Below, one piece after another: positions 57,585 to 64,000 of a DNA stretch of 64,000 nucleotides. The position numbers and the translations under genes were made by a program. The notes beneath the pieces are model-generated. The model was not told the DNA's origin and ran no database searches. It saw only the letters and a list, made by a program, of their open reading frames with translations. This DNA is from Bacteroidales bacterium. GTDB lineage: Bacteria > Bacteroidota > Bacteroidia > Bacteroidales > ML635J-15. Each line of letters starts with the position of its first letter. Positions within the stretch are counted from its first letter, which is position 1. The stretch covers positions 65,918 through 129,917 of the forward strand of contig JAQIBY010000102.1 in NCBI GenBank assembly GCA_027858835.1, given 5' to 3'.

Positions 57585-59720
57585 TTATGAACCAGATACT
57601 TTATGCAAAAATGCACCTTGTTCAGACACATCATAATATGAAATATTACCATTTTCAAGTTCTTCAATTAATTGTTCACGCCGATAAAAAGGTAAGGATG
57701 CATCTAAAATAACTAATTCGTATTCAAACAAGCTGTTTAATTTCTCCGGTGGCAAAAACGCATCTCCTGTATAAATTAAATAATCCACACAGATTGGCTT
57801 GTCAACACGCATATTTGCATAATAATCATCCACTAAAATTAGCGCCCGGATATCGGCAAAACCAACAAAACCAGATTTCAAAAACACACGCCGATTATCA
57901 ATTCGCAATAAATTAGTAAACATGTATTGCTGACCAAATTGATTCAAATCAACAAATTTTTCTTTGGAAACCCCTTCAGCCAACCAATAATTTCCGAGTT
58001 GTTTGTTTGTGGACTCCACATCAAAGGTTTCAAAATCCGTAAACAGCACATGTTCATCTCCTGTAATACAGTTAATTCCAGAGTTACCACGAAGATTATA
58101 AACGACAAACACCTCCTTTGTTTGGTTTTTAACGTCTCGAAAAATCCCAAGACCAATAAACAAAATCAGCAAGGATAAGACAGGCCAAATAAGCTGTCGC
58201 TTTGCGGCAAAATAAAGGATTGCCCCACAAATGATAACTAAAAACAGAATTATCATCTGCAATTGTGTCATATACAGATTCTCGGAAACGGATGCAGGAA
58301 GGGATTCAATCCAAAACACGGAAGTATTAAGCAAGGAAACCATCCAGGCAAGTATCTGTCCAAGAAAATTTGCAACTATGGGAATAAACGAAAACACAAA
58401 AACCGCCATTGCCAAATAAACAATTAAAGTGACAATCGGAATCACAAGAATATTTGTTAGAATAAAATAATTGGAAAATTGATTGAAAAAATAAATTGTC
58501 AGCGGAGCAGTCCCAATTTGTGCAGCAATAGAAACCGCAACCAAAGACCACAGCTTGTCCACCAAAATGAAGCGTGATTTTATTAATCCGTGTATGGGTG
58601 GGAAAAACAATACGATGCTTAAAACGGCAAAATAAGACAACCAAAAGCCCAATGCAGCCGCATTTAACGGATTGATTATCAGTGTCACAAAAGCAGAAGC
58701 AGCAAGAATATTATAGATGCTCACATTTCTGCCAAAAAGTTTTCCCATACTAATAAAGGTAAACATAATGGCTGCACGCGTAACTGATGGCGAAAGTCCG
58801 GTTAATGCCGCATAAAACCAGATACTTAGAACAAGGATTACGACTTGTAGCGGAATGAGTGACTTTTTACGGCGCATAAACCCTAAAAGCGATTGCATGA
58901 CAAGAAAAATAATACCGACATGTAAGCCACTAACTGCCAACACATGCATAGCACCCGATGAAGAATAAGCATGGCGGATATCATCCTGAAGTTTATCTTT
59001 ATATCCCAAACTCAGAGCTGCGGCAACGGCATATTCATCGCCTGTTAACCCAACATCCTGATAAATTTGCAAAAGCTTTTGGCGCAATTTCAAAAATTGC
59101 ATTCGAAAACCCATATCCTCCGATTCGCCAATCACTTTCCAGGTTCCAGATTTTAGATAAGTTTGTGATGCAATCATGTGATAAGACATGTATTTTGCAT
59201 AATCAAATTCATTTGGATTGCCGGCATTTTCAATGGTATTAAAATTTGGCTTAAAGCTTATCAGCATCCCCGGGCTCAGATTTTTCGACAAGGAATCCTT
59301 TTGCAAATAAACCAAAGCCTGCCCGTCTCCCGCAAACCATTTGTCTTGATGACGGAATGCCTCGACAGAAATTCGTATTGACATGCATTTCTCCGTTTCC
59401 TTTGGTTCATTATCAATACGTGCAATGAGCAAAGCTTCATCAGGCAATTCAACATCCTTACTTTGGCTTAGGGCTTGTGCCGTTAAAAACCAACCGGTAC
59501 TGATTAAAAACAAAAAGACTGGAATAGCAAGTAAATATCGAAACCGAAATGATTCACGAATCGGCTTTAATCCATAAAGCAGAAAGCATAAAAACCCAAA
59601 TATAAGTGGAAAAAGAAACGGAAGTGAATATCCAGAATGTACACCAAATGCAATTCCGATTAACAGGGGGAAAAGCAAACGCACAAAAGGCATTGTCCGT
59701 ATTTGTTCTTTAAATTGCAC
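57585..59720 (-). CDS. comEC: ComEC/Rec2-family DNA internalization channel protein
   Basis: Polytopic membrane protein containing the competence-domain region (SSSGAMHVLAVSGLHVGII ...), 711 aa. Confidence 0.8.
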   Translation of the reverse strand: MQFKEQIRTMPFVRLLFPLLIGIAFGVHSGYSLPFLFPLIFGFLCFLLYGLKPIRESFRFRYLLAIPVFLFLISTGWFLTAQALSQSKDVELPDEALLIARIDNEPKETEKCMSIRISVEAFRHQDKWFAGDGQALVYLQKDSLSKNLSPGMLISFKPNFNTIENAGNPNEFDYAKYMSYHMIASQTYLKSGTWKVIGESEDMGFRMQFLKLRQKLLQIYQDVGLTGDEYAVAAALSLGYKDKLQDDIRHAYSSSGAMHVLAVSGLHVGIIFLVMQSLLGFMRRKKSLIPLQVVILVLSIWFYAALTGLSPSVTRAAIMFTFISMGKLFGRNVSIYNILAASAFVTLIINPLNAAALGFWLSYFAVLSIVLFFPPIHGLIKSRFILVDKLWSLVAVSIAAQIGTAPLTIYFFNQFSNYFILTNILVIPIVTLIVYLAMAVFVFSFIPIVANFLGQILAWMVSLLNTSVFWIESLPASVSENLYMTQLQMIILFLVIICGAILYFAAKRQLIWPVLSLLILFIGLGIFRDVKNQTKEVFVVYNLRGNSGINCITGDEHVLFTDFETFDVESTNKQLGNYWLAEGVSKEKFVDLNQFGQQYMFTNLLRIDNRRVFLKSGFVGFADIRALILVDDYYANMRVDKPICVDYLIYTGDAFLPPEKLNSLFEYELVILDASLPFYRREQLIEELENGNISYYDVSEQGAFLHKVSGS

Positions 59721-59785
59721 GTTTAAAGATAGAAATAAAATACAGATTTCAAACCATAGTACGAATTATTGCCGAGAAAGGTAGA

Positions 59786-60331
59786 TTATTCGTTTTCAGC
59801 ATTTTGCGTTTCAAACTCACGCACTAATTCCAAATCATCGATGTATATGCTATTTAGAATAATTGCGACTTCTTCAGCTCTGGAGTGGTTTGGATATCGA
59901 TCGAGAAACTTTTGGTAATAAGCTTCAGCGTTTTTCTTATCACCAATCATATTCTGATTTACAAATCCCAACAAATAAATAACAGCCGGCATTTTATCAA
60001 AATCCTCATATTGTCTTTCAATCCGATACAAATAAGAACAGGCATCGATAGGCTTGTCGGTATTCATGGCAATTTCGGCAGCCCGGAAGAGATATTCGGA
60101 GCTCAGACTGTCTTTTTTATATCGGTTCGAATAATTCAAATACAAGGCAGTCATTTCCCGTGCTTTTTCTTCATCGACCTCAATATCTGAATGTAAGTCA
60201 GCTTCCTTGGCTTGAATACTGTCCATCAAAACCTGTTTGCTGTCAATGTCGCTGGTATTGTTTGACTGACAGCTGATTAAAATATTAAAAACAACTAAAA
60301 TGAATAATGTGAATTGAAATAAATTTCTCAT
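59786..60331 (-). CDS. hypothetical TPR-like lipoprotein
   Basis: Lipoprotein signal (NILISCQ), helical repeat composition, 4-nt overlap with def. Confidence 0.45.
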   Translation of the reverse strand: MRNLFQFTLFILVVFNILISCQSNNTSDIDSKQVLMDSIQAKEADLHSDIEVDEEKAREMTALYLNYSNRYKKDSLSSEYLFRAAEIAMNTDKPIDACSYLYRIERQYEDFDKMPAVIYLLGFVNQNMIGDKKNAEAYYQKFLDRYPNHSRAEEVAIILNSIYIDDLELVREFETQNAENE

Positions 60332-60879
60332 GCAGTAATAATTTTATAATCTGTTTTTACTTTTCCTTTTGAAATAGCGGCGAGTTTAGCCCGCAATAAA
60401 CGTTTCCGGAGTGGTGCAACTTTATCTGTAAACATGATTCCGTCAAGATGATCGTATTCATGCTGAACAACAATGGCTTTAAACCCCTCAAACTGCTCTT
60501 CTTTTTCTTCGAAATGTTCATTGAGATAACGCATCGTGAGGCTCTCATAGCGCTTAACATCTTCGTGAATATTCGGGACACTCAGGCATCCTTCCTCAAT
60601 ACTGATCATGTTTTCTCCATGCTCAACAATTTCTGGATTTATAAAAACCCGTTTAAAATCTTGCATTTCAGGATGATCTTCTGCCAACGGGCTGGCATCA
60701 ATCACGTACAAACGAATTGATTTCCCGATTTGTGGTGCAGCCAAACCTACACCGCTTGCACGATACATTGTTTCAAACATATCCGAAATAAGTGGCTCAG
60801 GCTCAAATGTTTCCGGGTCAATTTCCACTGCCTTTTTTCGCAAAACCGGATGCCCGTATATAACTACAGGATATATCAT
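60328..60879 (-). CDS. def: peptide deformylase
   Basis: Three PDF motifs (GVGLAAPQIG, EEGCLSVP, QHEYDHLDG). Confidence 0.93.
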   Translation of the reverse strand: MIYPVVIYGHPVLRKKAVEIDPETFEPEPLISDMFETMYRASGVGLAAPQIGKSIRLYVIDASPLAEDHPEMQDFKRVFINPEIVEHGENMISIEEGCLSVPNIHEDVKRYESLTMRYLNEHFEEKEEQFEGFKAIVVQHEYDHLDGIMFTDKVAPLRKRLLRAKLAAISKGKVKTDYKIITA

Positions 60880-61301
60880 AGTGTTTTATTCTGTTTATGT
60901 TCCATATAAGATTGTAAAATAATCGTGGCAGAAACCTTATCAATTAATGCCTTATTACGTCGTTTCATTTTTTTCACTCCACCATCAATCATCGCTTGAA
61001 ATGCCATAATTGAAGTATAACTTTCATCTATACTATCAACACAGAGCGCCGGAAAAAGTTTTTTGCATTTCCTCATGGCACCCTTTATTTGAGGGACAGG
61101 TTCTGAATCCGAGCCATCATCACGGGTTGGCATACCAAACACGATGCAATCAAGAGTTTCTTTTTCCAAATAATTTTTCAGAAAATCAAATAAATCTTTT
61201 GTATGGATTGTTTCCAGTCCGGTTGCAATAAGCTGCAAAGGATCTGTCACCGCAATACCGGTACGCTTAAAGCCATAATCTATTGCCAAAATTCTACCCA
61301 T
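60876..61301 (-). CDS. ruvX: Holliday junction resolvase-like RuvX (YqgF)
   Basis: YqgF pattern (ILAIDYGFKRTGIAVTD ... DESYTS), 141 aa, 4-nt overlap with def. Confidence 0.88.
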   Translation of the reverse strand: MGRILAIDYGFKRTGIAVTDPLQLIATGLETIHTKDLFDFLKNYLEKETLDCIVFGMPTRDDGSDSEPVPQIKGAMRKCKKLFPALCVDSIDESYTSIMAFQAMIDGGVKKMKRRNKALIDKVSATIILQSYMEHKQNKTL

Positions 61302-61346
61302 AATTACTGCAAAGGTAAAATATTTTTGTATGTAAGTAAAATTTTG

Positions 61347-61354
61347 TACATTTG
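61347..61354 (+). promoter_or_regulatory. Bacteroidota -7 box (TACATTTG) for the choice-of-anchor-L cargo gene
   Basis: Exact TAnnTTTG match 22 nt upstream of ATG 61376. A second match, TATTTTTG, lies at 61321-61328. Confidence 0.4.
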
Positions 61355-61375
61355 ATTGCTAATAAACTGACTACC

Positions 61376-63727
61376 ATGAAGACAAAGCCTATTTTAACCC
61401 TACTTTTAATCTGGTGTTTGAGTCAAGCAAGCGCCCAGTACATTACAACAAACAACAGCTTAAGCGCAGAACAACTCATTCAGGACACCCTTATCACAGG
61501 ATGTGTTACTGCGAATAACATAACGACAAATAGCTCCGATGCCTTTGGATATTTTAATAATGATGGCACGAGCTTTCCCTTTGAATCGGGATTAATTATG
61601 GCGAGTGGTCCAATTGAAAATGCGGAAGGTCCAGATAATTCGACGAGTCAGGGTGGCTCTATTGGCTCCGGCTCTGACCCTGATTTAGCAATGCTTACAT
61701 CTTATACTGTAAATGATGCAACTGTTATTGAATTTGATTTTGTGCCGGCTAGCGACACCATTCGTTTTAATTATATTTTTGGTTCAGAAGAATTTCCTGA
61801 GTTCGCAAACTCCAGCTATAATGATGTGTTCGGCTTTTTCATTTCCGGTCCCGGAATAAGTGGTTCCTACTCTAATAACGCCATCAACATTGCTTTACTG
61901 CCAAATGGACAACCGGTAACCATTGATAATGTTTTCAATTCAAGCACCTGGTACAATGGCCCTACATCAGGTAGTGGTGCAACCGGACAAGCTTATAACA
62001 ATACCGTTGAATATGATGGTTGTACAGACCCCTTAACTGCAGAAGTTATTTTAACAGCCTGCGAAACCTATCATATCAAACTTGCAATAGGTGACGCCGG
62101 AGACAGCAGTTATGATTCTGGGGTGTTTATTGAAGCAGGAAGCTTTACAAGTGGCGTACAAATTAGCACTGTTAACCACTCCGATGTCGGCTCAGATGCT
62201 GACCTTTATGAAGGATGTACCAACTATTTCGTTATTGAAAGACAACCGAATTCCCCAATTGATGAATCAGTAACAATTTATATTAATTACTTAGCAGGAA
62301 GTACAGCAGAAGAAGACGTAGATGTTTCAACGATTGTTGACTCTGCTTATATGGCGCCATATGCAACTACTGACACAATATGGTATTCTGCCTTTAATGA
62401 TGGAACAGAAGAAGGAACCGAAACCATGATTTTGGAATTTTGGACATCCTGCCCTTGTGGAAATTCAGGTGGAAATTCAGTAGTCGATACAATTTTTGTA
62501 TATGATATTGAAAGTATCAAAGGAGGGATACAAGATGTTCAAAACAATTATTGTGGGGAAACTCCCCCTCCAACACTCGACCTTATAGCAGAGGTTGAAG
62601 TTTCACCGGCATATTATGAATGGTCCACCGGATCAACAAACGACACAATTACTATCATACCTCAACCCGGGGCAGAAACCTATTATGTCACAATTTCAGA
62701 CCAATGTGGAAATGAATTGTACGATTCAATTACAGTACGAGTATCCAGTATGTCCGTGGAAGACATTGACATTAGCCACGTAAGTTGCTATAATGAATGC
62801 GATGGAGAAGTTACCATTGATGTTCAAAACGACTTTGCGCCATTTCAATTTACCTATGGAAATGCCATGTTCTTTTACATTCCGGATTCTCTGACAACCA
62901 CTTATGACAACACCTTTAACGGATTATGTCCTAAAAATTATTATTTAAAAATTACCGATGATATTGGCTGCCAAATCGAAACAGAATTCCAAATTAATAA
63001 CAAACCAAATATTCTCCTTTCTGATGGGATATTGCCTGTAGAAACCGAATATTGCGGAAGTCCCGGCGAAATCAGCATGACAGCAAACTCAGTTGTTGAT
63101 AATGCAAATTACTCTTGGTGGAATGGAACAGGAAACCCAACAGTGAATTTCACGCCAATGCTTGGAACTAACACCTATGGTATAAGCATTACCGATGCCT
63201 GCGGAAATCTATTTGCCGATAATGTCGAAATATCTGTATCCGAGTTATCTGCAGAAGGATTTTCTGATCCGGATATCAATGGAATATGCAACGGAGAAGC
63301 TTGGGCATTCCCCTCAAATGGAATTACACCCTACACATTTTACTGGTATAATCCGATTGCATTATTCGGGCAATATCAAGAAGACCTTTGTGCAGGAGAA
63401 TATACTGTACAAATCACCGACGCCATCGGATGCTCGGTTGAAGTTGATGTAGAAGTTGAATTCCTTGTGAATATCCCAAATCATGAAAACAGCGGCATTA
63501 AAATTTACCCAAATCCGGCAAGTTCTCATGCATTTATCGACCTGTCAGGATTGGATCAAACTGGTGTCACAATCAAAATTTCAACCATTACGGGTCAAGA
63601 AGTTGGTGTATTCAATACAACAAAATCTCAATTCAAAACACCTGAGCTTTCCGCCGGGAGTTATTTTATTGATGTGCTTGTCCATGGAAACCAAGTTTAT
63701 AAGGACAAATTAATAATTACGGAATAA
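61376..63727 (+). CDS. choice-of-anchor-L domain protein with SprB-type repeats and T9SS type A C-terminal sorting domain
   Basis: Signal peptide at the internal ATG 61376. Choice-of-anchor-L pattern (DPDLAML ... FNYIFGSEEFPEFANSSYNDVFGFFISGPG ... EYDGCTDPLTA ... IGDAGDSSYDSGVFIEAGSF), SprB-like repeats, and the CTD (IKIYPNPASSHAFIDLSG ... SAGSYFIDV). Confidence 0.82.
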   Translation: MKTKPILTLLLIWCLSQASAQYITTNNSLSAEQLIQDTLITGCVTANNITTNSSDAFGYFNNDGTSFPFESGLIMASGPIENAEGPDNSTSQGGSIGSGSDPDLAMLTSYTVNDATVIEFDFVPASDTIRFNYIFGSEEFPEFANSSYNDVFGFFISGPGISGSYSNNAINIALLPNGQPVTIDNVFNSSTWYNGPTSGSGATGQAYNNTVEYDGCTDPLTAEVILTACETYHIKLAIGDAGDSSYDSGVFIEAGSFTSGVQISTVNHSDVGSDADLYEGCTNYFVIERQPNSPIDESVTIYINYLAGSTAEEDVDVSTIVDSAYMAPYATTDTIWYSAFNDGTEEGTETMILEFWTSCPCGNSGGNSVVDTIFVYDIESIKGGIQDVQNNYCGETPPPTLDLIAEVEVSPAYYEWSTGSTNDTITIIPQPGAETYYVTISDQCGNELYDSITVRVSSMSVEDIDISHVSCYNECDGEVTIDVQNDFAPFQFTYGNAMFFYIPDSLTTTYDNTFNGLCPKNYYLKITDDIGCQIETEFQINNKPNILLSDGILPVETEYCGSPGEISMTANSVVDNANYSWWNGTGNPTVNFTPMLGTNTYGISITDACGNLFADNVEISVSELSAEGFSDPDINGICNGEAWAFPSNGITPYTFYWYNPIALFGQYQEDLCAGEYTVQITDAIGCSVEVDVEVEFLVNIPNHENSGIKIYPNPASSHAFIDLSGLDQTGVTIKISTITGQEVGVFNTTKSQFKTPELSAGSYFIDVLVHGNQVYKDKLIITE

Positions 63728-63918
63728 AACAATCACACAAATTATAATGCAAAGTCTCTTTTTCAGGAGGCTTTGTTGTTTTCAGAAAAAAGCACAAAAT
63801 TATCCTTAGTGATCTTTCAAAAGAGAAATTCCTAAATCTGTTCCACAACATTAAGCGATATGTTAAAAAAATCCGACTATGATTATTGAAATGGAAATAA
63901 GATTTTTATCTTTATCAT

Positions 63919-63948
63919 GGGAAAATATTTTTCCCTTTTATGTTTTTT
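63919..63948 (+). terminator. intrinsic-terminator-like hairpin upstream of the last (partial) gene
   Basis: Perfect stem GGGAAAA/TTTTCCC (63919-63925/63929-63935) with loop TAT, followed by TTTTATGTTTTTT. Confidence 0.55.
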
Positions 63949-63963
63949 GAAAAAAATGGTAAT

Positions 63964-64000
63964 ATGAAAAAGGAGATTAAATTCAGCTTACTTTACCGTG
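63964..64000 (+). CDS. 5' end of an unidentified CDS running off the window
   Basis: ATG at 63964 reading MKKEIKFSLLYR with the frame open to the window end. Too short to classify. Confidence 0.3.
   Translation, partial: MKKEIKFSLLYR

Noticed and set aside
1-64000. CRISPR arrays, rRNA/tRNA genes, IS elements, toxin-antitoxin pairs or recognisable defence-system genes
   Set aside because: Reading both strands, I found no regularly spaced direct repeats, no rRNA or tRNA signatures, no transposase or integrase ORFs and no nuclease, helicase or methylase clusters. The window looks like core chromosome.

Overview
AT-rich, origin-proximal chromosomal segment of a Bacteroidota genome. The phylum call rests on T9SS/gliding genes (porU-porV, porP/sprF-like, gldJ), a DUF5683 gene next to parAB, cargo proteins with T9SS type A and type B C-terminal sorting domains, and TAnnTTTG -7 promoter boxes. 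About 50 protein genes are supported and most are housekeeping: partial PFOR (absent from the ORF track because it runs off the window), dnaA, parA/parB, ddl, murF, ribH, ispF, def, ruvX, trkA, comEC, glnA, kbl-tdh and pruA. I found no rRNA, tRNA, CRISPR array, integrase, transposase or prophage. No clear novel multi-gene system is evident. Items worth a second look: (1) a translationally coupled LOG + SiaB-like kinase + SiaC-like (DUF1987) operon with no linked phosphatase or cyclase; (2) four GC-rich, highly structured intergenic islands in an otherwise AT-rich background, including a 119-nt four-way junction (19234-19352), a ~185-nt long hairpin (21512-21698), a repeat/inverted-repeat block (12797-13131) and a nested-hairpin block (46211-46325), the last two sharing the short hairpin motif ACCCACT..TAC..GGGGT; (3) an XRE-HTH/S24 (non-canonical LexA-like) repressor gene preceded by a perfect 8+8 palindrome; (4) a ~140-nt candidate sRNA with its own promoter box and terminator next to glnA; (5) a decayed TolC-family pseudogene. 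All calls come from reading the sequence and ORF translations; no database search was run.
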